Shown here piece by piece: positions 19,799-28,251 of a stretch of 64,000 nt of DNA. The stretch lies in NCBI GenBank assembly GCA_964645795.1, contig CAZYCL010000003.1, positions 101,771 through 165,770 on the forward strand, given 5' to 3'. The notes below the pieces were generated by a model. That model was not told the DNA's origin and ran no database searches. It saw nothing but the letters and a program-made list of their open reading frames with translations. The DNA comes from an uncultured Planctomycetales bacterium. Lineage in GTDB: Bacteria > Omnitrophota > Gorgyraeia > Gygaellales > Profunditerraquicolaceae. The position numbers and the translations under genes are program-made. How positions within the stretch are numbered: the first letter of the stretch is position 1; every line of letters starts with the position of its first letter.

Positions 19799-20194
19799 CT
19801 AGAATTCGGGGTACTCCGAAGGCAGCTTCGGCTGCTCGACTTGCGGATCTTCGTTTATTCTGCTAAGACTGGGTTTGCCCACGGATTGTTTTAGCGGCGG
19901 TTTATCCCTTCTGTCAAACAAGCGCATAAGTATTTCCCTTAGCTGCGTGTCAGGGACTGCGACGCCAGAGTTTTCTGAGCGCTTAGATTTGGAATCCGGA
20001 AGCAGCTTCCTTGCGCCCTGAGACAGCTCTCTGTTTATTGACGCATTGCCGGAGTATACCGTTGAGCTCTTGTCTTTTTTGTCTTTCTTGTCTTTTTTGT
20101 CCTTGCCCGGCTTGCAATAACCGTCGCTAAAGCACAAAAACACCGATAGCAATAGTATTATAGAGATCCAGAGCGGCCGCCTTGATACCTCCAT
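19799..20194 (-). CDS. Small secreted/lipoprotein-like protein with a (KDK)n repeat, lysine-rich; hypothetical
   Basis: 131 aa. Signal peptide with a possible lipobox (LSVFLCFSDGYC), then KPGKDKKDKKDKKDK. A GGAGG RBS lies 6 nt upstream. It is the only gene downstream of the GEMM-like leader. Confidence 0.7.
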   Translation of the reverse strand: MEVSRRPLWISIILLLSVFLCFSDGYCKPGKDKKDKKDKKDKSSTVYSGNASINRELSQGARKLLPDSKSKRSENSGVAVPDTQLREILMRLFDRRDKPPLKQSVGKPSLSRINEDPQVEQPKLPSEYPEF

Positions 20195-20204
20195 TGAGCG
20201 CCTC

Positions 20205-20240
20205 CTAATAAAAAACCTACTCTTCTTAAAGTAGGTTTTC
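20205..20240 (-). terminator. Intrinsic terminator hairpin (expression platform) between the riboswitch aptamer and the RBS
   Basis: Minus-strand RNA: AAAACCUACU-UUAAGAAG-AGUAGGUUUU followed by UUUUUUAUU, i.e. a 10-bp stem, 8-nt loop and U-tract. GGAGG and the AUG follow immediately. Confidence 0.7.
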
Positions 20241-20244
20241 GGAC

Positions 20245-20340
20245 GCTAGAGTTTTCGGTAGCCTGACTACCCGTGTCGCTGTCGGGCTCACGGCTTTGCG
20301 TCCTCTCCTTGCGAAGAGTTTGCCTTTATCGAACAATATT
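20245..20340 (-). promoter_or_regulatory. c-di-GMP-I (GEMM) riboswitch aptamer
   Basis: Minus-strand RNA: ...GGCAAAC-CUCUUC-GCAA-GGAGAG-GACGCAAAGCC-GUGAG-CCCG-ACAGCGACA-CGGG-UAGUCAGGCUACCGA... Compared with the Vibrio cholerae Vc2 aptamer (...GGCAAACC-AUUC-GAAA-GAGU-GGGACGCAAAGCC...UACCGA), GGCAAAC and GACGCAAAGCC are identical and there is a 6-bp P1b hairpin capped by a GNRA tetraloop (GCAA). A second hairpin and the 3' UACCGA follow. Confidence 0.8.
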
Positions 20341-20353
20341 ATGACCCTAATAA

Positions 20354-20381
20354 ATTATAACATATTTAAATAAATATTCAA
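20354..20381 (-). promoter_or_regulatory. Sigma-70-like promoter for the riboswitch transcript (-35 TTGAAT, 16-nt spacer, -10 TATAAT)
   Basis: Reverse complement of 20354-20381 reads TTGAAT-atttatttaaatatgt-TATAAT. The predicted TSS lies a few nt upstream of the aptamer P1 region. Confidence 0.55.
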
Positions 20382-20527
20382 TCCATTCTATGCCATTCGT
20401 TCAAGGTATTTATGTTGTTATTTATTGTGCCCCAACAGATTAGGACAAAGGCCATTGATATCCCAAGGGCTGGGCGCATAATTAATATTTCTTGACTAAA
20501 CCGATAAAAAAGGTAATAATTCATTAG

Positions 20528-21067
20528 ATGGCCAAATATACGCTTCTGGTTCTGATGTTCCTCCTGTGCATCTTTTCTACGGCATCGCCCATTTCTTACC
20601 AGGATAAAAGGCGAGTGGAGGAGGAGAATAGAAAGAGCCTTGATCATAGCGAAAGGCCGTTTCACCCGCCAAAAAACGCCCCCTCACCAGACGAAGATGA
20701 CCCCAGTGACCTAAGGTACCTCAAAGGACTAAGAAACAAGGAGTTTTCTACTTTTGGCGACTGCCTTCAGCTCCTGCGCATACTGTTAGGCAAAAAAGAG
20801 TTGGTCGATAAGCTTGTTTCGGATGCCAACTTAAGCCTATCGCCTGAATCGGCCCTGACAAGAGGGATTGCTGCCGTACTCTTCTGCCGAGCGCTTGAAA
20901 TAAAAGGCGGGGTTTTGCTTCGGGTATTTGGCCTCAGCCAGCGCTACGCCTTAAAAGAGCTTGTTTACCTGGATATATTTGCCCCGGGACCTTTAGATAG
21001 CGTCATAAGCGGTGCAGAGCTGATTTCAGTGTTCAGCAACTGCGCAGCATACTTATTAAATAAATGA
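20528..21067 (+). CDS. Hypothetical exported protein
   Basis: 179 aa with an N-terminal signal peptide (MAKYTLLVLMFLLCIFSTASP) and no recognisable catalytic motif. It overlaps the next gene by 4 nt, suggesting an operon. Confidence 0.55.
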   Translation: MAKYTLLVLMFLLCIFSTASPISYQDKRRVEEENRKSLDHSERPFHPPKNAPSPDEDDPSDLRYLKGLRNKEFSTFGDCLQLLRILLGKKELVDKLVSDANLSLSPESALTRGIAAVLFCRALEIKGGVLLRVFGLSQRYALKELVYLDIFAPGPLDSVISGAELISVFSNCAAYLLNK

Positions 21068-22452
21068 GGCTCAGGCCCAGTCTGATGCTTATATGCTTCT
21101 TAGCCGCAACAGCCGGTGCGCAGGCAGATCCTTCGGTTAAGAGGATTGAGGAGGGGGCGCGGGAGGCCTTAAGCCGTACAGAAGCCAATTACAGACCGCC
21201 AAACAGTCGGCTGGCCATTGACTACGGGGGATGGCTCAATTTCAGGTATATTGACTACAACCAAGATGATAACGACCCCGCGCTTAGAGACGAAATAGAT
21301 TATCGCTTCTGGCAGGATAGCCGCCTATGGGCAAAGGTCAACTTTGACCCGGACAGCTCAGGGCTTAAAAATACGCATTCTTTGTATGTGAGGATCAAGA
21401 ATCTTTATTCTGTCAGCCGGCCCAACGAGACTGCCGGAAGTTCTGATAACGACGGGGTTCACCTTGATTATGCCTATTTAGAGCTTGACCTGCAACCTGT
21501 TTGGGTTAAGGCAGGAAGGCAGTATTTCAGCGTGGGCCAGGGCATTGCTTACTCCGATGTAGGTGACGGGCTCCAGTTCACGCTTGAACGGCATAAGCTT
21601 TCACTTAAGACTTTTTTCTCCCAATCCCTGCCACGAGAGGACAATATCGATACCAGCGCCCCAGGTTACGATAAACACTCCAGGCGCCAATTCTTCGGCG
21701 CAGAAGCCAGTTATAAGCCGACGGAAAACCAAAGTTTTTATGCCTTTACGGTCATCCAGAGAGATAAAAGTAAAGAGTATCCCGATGACCCCGAGCACGA
21801 CTTCAAATACGATTCTGAATACTACGGAATGGGCTTGCGCGGCACTCTTCTGCGCCCGGTCTCTTACTGGTGGGGCGTAATCCTGGAAAAAGGCAAAAGC
21901 TATATTTATGAGACCAACGAAAGAAAGGATGTGCTGGCTTGGGCCAATGTCCTGGCGATATCCTACGAGCCCGCCGTCTATTCCCACCCGAACTTCTACT
22001 TTAAGTACGCTTACGGTTCGGGGGATAAGGACAGGGTTAACGTCACCAATACCGAGGACGGTAATTCCTTCGGTAAAGATAGAAACTTCCTGTATTTCGG
22101 CTTTATCCCTACGGGCTACGCGCTTTCACCCCAGCTATCCAACCTGCAGTTTTTAAAAGGCGGTTTTACCTTTAAGCCTTTTGAGAAAAACAGGTTTTTG
22201 AAAGGCCTGTCTTTAGGCCTGGATTATTACAGGTATTTTAAAGCAGAGCCAAGCGGTGGCATTTATGACGAAGAGGCGTCTGAAGAGAGCTTTGATGTCG
22301 GCCATGAGGTCGATCTGACCGTAGACTGGCAGGTGTTTTCCGATCTGAATCTGTCTTTTGAATACGGGCGCTTTATGCCCGGAAAGGCATTTGCGCCTAG
22401 CTCAGGGCACAGCGAGGATTACCTATCCATAAGTACGACGCTCACTTTTTAA
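21064..22452 (+). CDS. Putative outer-membrane beta-barrel protein (porin/export-like), hypothetical
   Basis: 462 aa. Signal peptide ([21 protein letters not shown]). Alternating aromatic/hydrophilic beta-strand patterns throughout. C-terminal ...SISTTLTF ends in Phe, an OMP beta-signal. Confidence 0.6.
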   Translation: MRLRPSLMLICFLAATAGAQADPSVKRIEEGAREALSRTEANYRPPNSRLAIDYGGWLNFRYIDYNQDDNDPALRDEIDYRFWQDSRLWAKVNFDPDSSGLKNTHSLYVRIKNLYSVSRPNETAGSSDNDGVHLDYAYLELDLQPVWVKAGRQYFSVGQGIAYSDVGDGLQFTLERHKLSLKTFFSQSLPREDNIDTSAPGYDKHSRRQFFGAEASYKPTENQSFYAFTVIQRDKSKEYPDDPEHDFKYDSEYYGMGLRGTLLRPVSYWWGVILEKGKSYIYETNERKDVLAWANVLAISYEPAVYSHPNFYFKYAYGSGDKDRVNVTNTEDGNSFGKDRNFLYFGFIPTGYALSPQLSNLQFLKGGFTFKPFEKNRFLKGLSLGLDYYRYFKAEPSGGIYDEEASEESFDVGHEVDLTVDWQVFSDLNLSFEYGRFMPGKAFAPSSGHSEDYLSISTTLTF

Positions 22453-23444
22453 TGAGAGCAAAAACATGGATATTGGCAGTTTTAATGATCGTATTTAGCG
22501 CAGGGGCATGCATGGCCGGCCAAAAAATACGCATTTACAACGCGCAAAGCAAGAAGATTGAAACGGTTGAGAAGGTTGCCAACTCCGAAGAGGAATGGAA
22601 AATAATATTAACGCCTGAGCAGTTTGAGGTAATGCGCAGAAAAGGCACCGAGCCGCCGGTCAAGGGCAAATGCGATTTACCCGACCAGGCAGGCATCTAT
22701 AGATGCGCCGGATGCGGCACTGACCTTTTTGAGGTAGGCGCAAAGTTTGAGTCCGGCACGGGCTGGCCGAGCTTCTGGCAGCCGGTTTCAGGGCTTAACG
22801 TCGCAACCCGCCATGATGAGAGCTTCGGTATGAGCCGCACAGAGGTCTTATGCGCCAGATGCGACTCCCATCTTGGCCATGTATTTGACGATGGGCCGCC
22901 CCCTACCGGCAGGCGTTATTGCATAAACTCCATAGCCCTGCAATTTGTGCCGCTAGCAAAGGGCAGCGAATCAGCAACTTTTGCGGCGGGATGCTTTTGG
23001 GGGGTAGAGGAGGCTTTCCGCGCCCTCAACGGCGTCTTGAATACCCGCGTAGGATATACCGGAGGCAGGTCAGCAAATCCTTCCTATGAGGATGTTTCAA
23101 GCGGCAAAACCGGCCATGCCGAGGCCGTGGAAGTAGAGTTTGATCCCGGCAAAACCTCGTATAAAGAGCTCTTAAAGGCCTTTTGGTCAATTCATGACCC
23201 TACTACCGTTGACAGGCAGGGTCCTGATACAGGAAGCCAATACCGTTCGGCTATCTTCTATCATAACCGCCAGCAGGAGTACGAAGCCCGACTATATTTG
23301 AAAGAGCTTCAGAGTTCGGCTAAATTCAAAGGGAGGATCGTCACTCAAATACTTGCGGCAGGCAACTTTTATCCTGCAGAAGAATACCACCAGCGCTACT
23401 TCCAAAAGCGCGGCATGGCGAGGAACTGCCATATAGCTGAATAA
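22452..23444 (+). CDS. msrAB: Exported bifunctional peptide-methionine sulfoxide reductase MsrB-MsrA fusion
   Basis: 330 aa with a signal peptide. The MsrB half has two CxxC pairs (CAGCGTDLF...[18 protein letters not shown]). The MsrA half has the [12 protein letters not shown] active site. Confidence 0.88.
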   Translation: MRAKTWILAVLMIVFSAGACMAGQKIRIYNAQSKKIETVEKVANSEEEWKIILTPEQFEVMRRKGTEPPVKGKCDLPDQAGIYRCAGCGTDLFEVGAKFESGTGWPSFWQPVSGLNVATRHDESFGMSRTEVLCARCDSHLGHVFDDGPPPTGRRYCINSIALQFVPLAKGSESATFAAGCFWGVEEAFRALNGVLNTRVGYTGGRSANPSYEDVSSGKTGHAEAVEVEFDPGKTSYKELLKAFWSIHDPTTVDRQGPDTGSQYRSAIFYHNRQQEYEARLYLKELQSSAKFKGRIVTQILAAGNFYPAEEYHQRYFQKRGMARNCHIAE

Positions 23445-23899
23445 TGTTGAACTCCGGCTCTATTAAAGGTATAATTTACTCAATGGACATCATTAGGCAG
23501 ATACCTTCCGATCTTATGGCTGCGCAAAGGTTTATAAGCTACGCTGCCGAAGAGATAAAGGCCCTTCCTTTCACGGCAGAGCAACTTTACGATATCAGGC
23601 TATCCCTGGAAGAAGCGATCGTAAATTCGATAAAACACGGGAATAAATTCAAGGACGGCCTTTTTGTCACGGTGCGCTTAAAAGATAACGGGGACGGGCT
23701 TACTATCATTGTTTGCGACCAGGGCCAGGGTTTTGATTACTGCAATATTCCTGATCCGACCAGGCCTGCCAACCTTCAAAAACCTTCGGGAAGAGGCGTA
23801 TTCCTTATGCGCAGCCGCATGGATGAGATCCAGTTCTCTGACGGAGGCCGCTCGATAAAGATGCTGAAGCTTTTCAATAAGCAGGGAGGTAGCAAGTGA
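23444..23899 (+). CDS. RsbW/SpoIIAB-family serine-protein kinase (anti-sigma-factor-type HATPase)
   Basis: 151 aa with N-box EAIVNSIKHG, G1 CDQGQGF and G2 SGRGVFLM (HATPase_c_2). The start could instead be the Met at 23483. There is a 1-nt TAATG overlap with msrAB. Confidence 0.75.
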   Translation: MLNSGSIKGIIYSMDIIRQIPSDLMAAQRFISYAAEEIKALPFTAEQLYDIRLSLEEAIVNSIKHGNKFKDGLFVTVRLKDNGDGLTIIVCDQGQGFDYCNIPDPTRPANLQKPSGRGVFLMRSRMDEIQFSDGGRSIKMLKLFNKQGGSK

Positions 23900-24228
23900 A
23901 AATATCCCAAGACAGAATATCGGATGTGGTTATCTGCGTCCCTGAGGGAGAGGTGAATATCTCAAACTCCCCGGAACTTAGAAAACGTTTCGATGAATTG
24001 ATCAATAAAAGCGAGAAGAAGGTGCTGGTGGATTTTTCTGCCATCTCCTACATTGACAGCTCGGGGCTGGCCACGTTGATAGAGCTGTATCAGAGGTTAA
24101 AGAAGATCGGCGGGCGCATGAGGTTTTGCTCGATGGAAGAGAAGGTAAGAAACACCTTCGAAATCACCAAGCTTAACAAGCTATTCGAGATATTCCCGGG
24201 CCGACAGGAAGCCTTGAGGGACTTCTGA
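23896..24228 (+). CDS. STAS-domain protein (anti-sigma-factor antagonist / MlaB-like)
   Basis: 110 aa with the SpoIIAA-type phospho-serine motif DFSAISYIDSSGLATL. It sits directly upstream of mlaE. Confidence 0.8.
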   Translation: MKISQDRISDVVICVPEGEVNISNSPELRKRFDELINKSEKKVLVDFSAISYIDSSGLATLIELYQRLKKIGGRMRFCSMEEKVRNTFEITKLNKLFEIFPGRQEALRDF

Positions 24229-25016
24229 TGATAGAGGGCATCGGCAAAACGATCATAGGTTTTTTTGTATGGGCCGGGGATATATTAAAGCTCTTATCAA
24301 AGGTCGTTTACTGGATAATCATCGGCCCCTTTAAAGGCAAACCAGTGCATAGCGACAGCGTATTCAACCAGATGGCCTTTGTGGGGCTGCGGTCTATAAT
24401 CATCGTCTTCTTCGTAGATATGTTCACCGGCATAGTCCTGGCCATGCAGAGCGCATACCAGCTTGAGAAGATGGGCGCCGTAATCTATGTTGCTTCGCTT
24501 GTAGCGGTGTCCCTGTGCCGGGAGCTAAGCCCGGTATTGACGGGCCTGGTAGTTGCCGGCAGGGCCGGCTCTTCCATTGCCGCAGAGCTTGGTACGATGA
24601 AGGTCACCGAACAGATCGAGGCCTTGAGCACCATGTCGATCGATCCGGTGCGTTTTCTTGCGGTCCCCAGGTTTCTTGCATTGCTGGTCATGTTGCCGTG
24701 CCTGGTCGTCCTTGGCAATCTTTCCGGCATACTCGGGGGTTTTATCGTAGGCACCACAAGCCTTAACATAAACCCCGATCTCTATGTCCAGACCATGTTT
24801 AAATACCTGGCCATAAAGGATATTTATACCGGGCTTATAAAAGCGGCAGTTTTCGGAGTGATCATTGCGTTGGTCTCCTGCCACGAAGGCCTGAACGCCA
24901 AAGGCGGGGCCGAAGGGGTCGGCAAGGCTACTACGGCTAGCGTCGTCTCCAGCTTCATACTTATCATACTCTCGGACTGCCTGATTACCGCGATCTTCTA
25001 CTTCTCAAAGATATGA
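24228..25016 (+). CDS. mlaE: Phospholipid ABC transporter permease MlaE
   Basis: 262 aa MlaE/YrbE/Ttg2B-family permease with 5-6 TM segments. Confidence 0.85.
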   Translation: MIEGIGKTIIGFFVWAGDILKLLSKVVYWIIIGPFKGKPVHSDSVFNQMAFVGLRSIIIVFFVDMFTGIVLAMQSAYQLEKMGAVIYVASLVAVSLCRELSPVLTGLVVAGRAGSSIAAELGTMKVTEQIEALSTMSIDPVRFLAVPRFLALLVMLPCLVVLGNLSGILGGFIVGTTSLNINPDLYVQTMFKYLAIKDIYTGLIKAAVFGVIIALVSCHEGLNAKGGAEGVGKATTASVVSSFILIILSDCLITAIFYFSKI

Positions 25017-25831
25017 GTAAAAAAGAGCCGATACTTTCTTTACAGGGTGTCACAAAATCATTCCTGGGAAAGCCCGTGATCGATAATGTCAGCTTTGATG
25101 TTTTTGCCGGCGAGACTTTTGTGATCATGGGCTGTTCCGGTTCGGGAAAGAGCACGCTGCTGCGCCTGATGAACGGCACTATTGCTCCGGATAAAGGGAC
25201 CGTGCTCATCAAAGGCAAGGACATTTACAATATCCCGGCGCAGGAGCTTGGCGACATTAAAAAGAGCTTCGGCATGCTTTTTCAGTACTCTGCCCTGCTG
25301 GATTCTCTTACGGTAGAAGAGAACATTGCCCTGCCCCTCAGGGAGCACTCAAGGCTGGCGGATGAGATCATCGACATAATCATCAAGATGAAGCTGTCTT
25401 TGGTTGGGCTGCGCGGATATGAAAAGTATTATCCGTCGCAGATCTCAGGCGGCATGCGCAAACGCGTAGGGCTTGCCCGCGCGATAGCGCTTGACCCCGA
25501 TATAGTCTTTTATGATGAGCCTACATCCGGGCTTGACCCGGTGGTCGCAGCCATCATCGACAAGCTGATCAAGGATCTGAGCGCCAAACTCCTCATCACA
25601 TCCGTTGTCGTTACTCACGACATGCAGAGCGTATTTGAACTGGCTGACAGGGTTGCCATGGTGCATAAGGGAAGGGTTGTCGAAGTAGGCAGCGCAAAAG
25701 AGATACGGCATTCCTCCAATCCCTATATACAACAGTTTATTAACGGCAGGCCCGAGGGGCCGATAGATTTCTTTAAGGACGACGCCGGGATCATCGAGTA
25801 TCTCGGGTTACAGGAAGAGGGGAGCTTATGA
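25013..25831 (+). CDS. mlaF: Phospholipid ABC transporter ATP-binding protein MlaF
   Basis: 272 aa with Walker A GCSGSGKST, signature LSGGMRKRVGLAR and Walker B IVFYDEPTSGLD. Confidence 0.88.
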   Translation: MSKKEPILSLQGVTKSFLGKPVIDNVSFDVFAGETFVIMGCSGSGKSTLLRLMNGTIAPDKGTVLIKGKDIYNIPAQELGDIKKSFGMLFQYSALLDSLTVEENIALPLREHSRLADEIIDIIIKMKLSLVGLRGYEKYYPSQISGGMRKRVGLARAIALDPDIVFYDEPTSGLDPVVAAIIDKLIKDLSAKLLITSVVVTHDMQSVFELADRVAMVHKGRVVEVGSAKEIRHSSNPYIQQFINGRPEGPIDFFKDDAGIIEYLGLQEEGSL

Positions 25832-26379
25832 AAAAACATACGAACGAATTCAAGGTAGGTGTATTTGCGCTTCTTTGTCTTGCGGGCCTGCTCTATTTGA
25901 CCGTATCTACAGGCAAGCTCTCTTTCGGCAGCGCCGGATATCCGATAAACGTCGTTTTTGACGAAATAGCCGGGCTTGACAAGAAGGCGCCGGTGATGCT
26001 TAACGGCCTGGAGGTCGGCAAGGTCAGCGACATCGATGTATCCTACGAAGGGGAGAGGACACTGATAAAGCTCTGCCTGAAGATTGACAAGGATGTCAAG
26101 ATCCGGCAGGGCTCGCGCGTCTTTATTAAAACGCTAGGGCTTATGGGCGAGAAGTATATACAGATCGCCTCGTCAGAGAACCCCGAGTTCCTTTTGCCAG
26201 GCGATACCATTGAAGGCCAGCCTTACGCGGACATGGATATCCTCATATGCAATCTGAACAGCACGCTTGAGGATAACAATGAGCGTTTCGCAAATATTGC
26301 CAAAAACTTCGAAGCCTTCAGCGACGACATAAGAAAACATCCCTGGAAGCTATTGATCAAGACCAGGGAAAACAGGTAG
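25828..26379 (+). CDS. mlaD: MCE-domain periplasmic substrate-binding protein MlaD
   Basis: 183 aa with an N-terminal TM anchor, then an MCE domain (VVFDEIAGLDKKAPVMLNGLEVGKVSDI). Confidence 0.85.
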   Translation: MKKHTNEFKVGVFALLCLAGLLYLTVSTGKLSFGSAGYPINVVFDEIAGLDKKAPVMLNGLEVGKVSDIDVSYEGERTLIKLCLKIDKDVKIRQGSRVFIKTLGLMGEKYIQIASSENPEFLLPGDTIEGQPYADMDILICNLNSTLEDNNERFANIAKNFEAFSDDIRKHPWKLLIKTRENR

Positions 26380-26399
26380 CGCAAGAAAAACGGAGGTGC

Positions 26400-27197
26400 A
26401 TGTTGAAGAAGATTATTTTTAGCTGGACGTTGATTTTATTTTTATCGCTAGGCTGTGCTTGGGCCGAATCTGCAAAGATAATCGATCTTGAAGGACAGGT
26501 TTTCCTGAAAAATACGCCTAAGTCGCAATGGGCTGCCGCCAGGCTTAATGACGAGGTCAATGGCGCTTCAGAGATCAAGACGCAAAAGGGCGCCTATTGC
26601 ACTATCAGTTTTGATGCGGCAAGGAAAAATTTGGTAACTATAAAAGAAAATTCCTCGATCAGGGTGGATAGTATCAAGCCGGGCAGGATTTTTTTGCCTA
26701 AAGGCAGGGTGCTTTCATTGATTAGGCAGGCATCGAGAAACCAGGTTTTCGAGGTGCGGACGCCTACGGCAGTTGCCGGGGCGCGCGGGACAGGCTGGCT
26801 AACCGATTCTGACGGGACGCAGACTCAGGCGCAGTGTTTCGAGAACATGATTTTCGTTCAGGGCCTGGATGAAGACGGCAATGTAACCGATGAAACCGAT
26901 CTAGAAGAGGGGATGGGGTTAAATGTTTCCAGGGGCGGCGGATTGGGGCAAAGCCGGCCGCTCGATGAGTCTGATTTTAACGAATGGAATGATTTTTCCG
27001 GATATGCGCAGGATGTATCCTCAGGCGGATCCGGCCAGGGAGGCGACAATAACCCGATAAATACCCCTGGCGGCCTGCAGGATCTAAGAGACGATCAACG
27101 TAATGATTTGCGCGGGAATTTCTTAGAGGAAAACAGAAAAGGAGAGATAACCGACATTAAGGATGAAGAGGGGGGCGGTTATCTGGTGGAGGAGTAG
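26400..27197 (+). CDS. Exported FecR-domain protein with an acidic Gly/Asp-rich C-terminal tail
   Basis: 265 aa. Signal peptide, then a FecR-like beta-sandwich pattern (...VRTPTAVAGARGTGWLTD...). C-terminal low-complexity D/E/G-rich region. Confidence 0.6.
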   Translation: MLKKIIFSWTLILFLSLGCAWAESAKIIDLEGQVFLKNTPKSQWAAARLNDEVNGASEIKTQKGAYCTISFDAARKNLVTIKENSSIRVDSIKPGRIFLPKGRVLSLIRQASRNQVFEVRTPTAVAGARGTGWLTDSDGTQTQAQCFENMIFVQGLDEDGNVTDETDLEEGMGLNVSRGGGLGQSRPLDESDFNEWNDFSGYAQDVSSGGSGQGGDNNPINTPGGLQDLRDDQRNDLRGNFLEENRKGEITDIKDEEGGGYLVEE

Positions 27198-27236
27198 GCG
27201 AAAGGGTTCTTCTTCTAAACATATAAAGGAGCTTGC

Positions 27237-28247
27237 ATGCATTCGAAAAAATTGCTGATTTCGGTCGTAGTTTTGGCGTTGGTTTGTTTATTCGCGCATT
27301 ACCCGTGTTTCTCTCAGGTAGAAGAAGACAAAGAAAGCCGCCAGCCGCAGAGGCAGATGTTACGAAAGGCCAAACCTTACAAATTCAGCAGTTCGGCTTC
27401 GGTTTTTGGCGGTTACGATACCAACGTCAAGCTTGTTCCGCAAGGCAAAGGCTCGGCTTTCCAGGAATTCCTGTATTCGCTATACTTTGATAAGCCTCTT
27501 TCCGGAGGTTTCAGGCTAAAGTTATACTATGACCTGGATTATCTTAACTATAGCGAAATTACCGATTCCTCTAACCTGATGAACCACTTAAGGCTCGACC
27601 TTAGCAAAAAGCTCGATAGGAAGTTCAGCGTGGGAACGGGCTACGATTTCTCCGATTTCTATTATCCCAAGAACGAAGACGGAGATTTCCTTTTTCATAA
27701 AGGGTTTGTGTATCTAAGGCATGATATTTCCCGCAGCCTGTTCCATCGTGTTTTGTTCGAATACGGCTACAAAGCCCACGTTCATAAAAAAGCGCTGGCT
27801 GATTCAATAACCGAGTTATCGGATAAAGAGTCGTCCGACAGAAGGCAGGTAGTCGAGTATACCGTCGGCTGGCTCGCCAGCCGCGATCTTTATCTTAATT
27901 TGAGAACCAGGTTCTCCATAAACAACGCAAACGCGCGCTACATGGATTTCTACGATTACAACTCTTATGAGATCTCGCCCGCTTTAAACTACAGGCTATG
28001 CCCTAAAGCAATCCTTAGCGCATACTTTTCGTATTTGCGCAGAGAATATAAGAGCCGGCTGCTTAGTACCGGAGGGCAGAAGACGCAAAAGGACAACGTC
28101 TGGGCCCCCAATGTGGGTATCCGCTACAATATTAACAAGCAGGTCAGCACATCTCTTTTTTATACCTATCGCAATAACTGCACCAACGAACCCTTAGAAA
28201 AATATAAGGAAAGCGTATTTACCTGGGGGTTGGAGTACAGCTTCTAA
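27237..28247 (+). CDS. Putative outer-membrane beta-barrel protein
   Basis: 336 aa. Signal peptide (MHSKKLLISVVVLALVCLFA), amphipathic beta-strand repeats, and C-terminal WGLEYSF ending in Phe. Confidence 0.6.
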   Translation: MHSKKLLISVVVLALVCLFAHYPCFSQVEEDKESRQPQRQMLRKAKPYKFSSSASVFGGYDTNVKLVPQGKGSAFQEFLYSLYFDKPLSGGFRLKLYYDLDYLNYSEITDSSNLMNHLRLDLSKKLDRKFSVGTGYDFSDFYYPKNEDGDFLFHKGFVYLRHDISRSLFHRVLFEYGYKAHVHKKALADSITELSDKESSDRRQVVEYTVGWLASRDLYLNLRTRFSINNANARYMDFYDYNSYEISPALNYRLCPKAILSAYFSYLRREYKSRLLSTGGQKTQKDNVWAPNVGIRYNINKQVSTSLFYTYRNNCTNEPLEKYKESVFTWGLEYSF

Positions 28248-28251
28248 CCCC

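Noticed and set aside
20205-20240. The hairpin as a bidirectional terminator for the plus-strand gene at 20528.
   Set aside because: It lies upstream of, not after, the 20528 gene, and no minus-strand gene ends to its right. Its position between the aptamer and the RBS fits a riboswitch expression platform much better.
24515-24766. Short plus-strand ORFs in alternative frames inside mlaE (24515-24766), the helicase (35400-35669), leuB (9681-9923) and the hybrid kinase (18329-18547).
   Set aside because: They overlap strongly supported genes in-strand and show Arg/Pro-rich, GC-frame-shift-type composition.
27233-27490. 85-aa ORF overlapping the start of the OMP gene in another frame.
   Set aside because: It is an alternative frame across the signal-peptide region of a clear OMP gene. 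It is Arg-rich low-complexity and is not supported.
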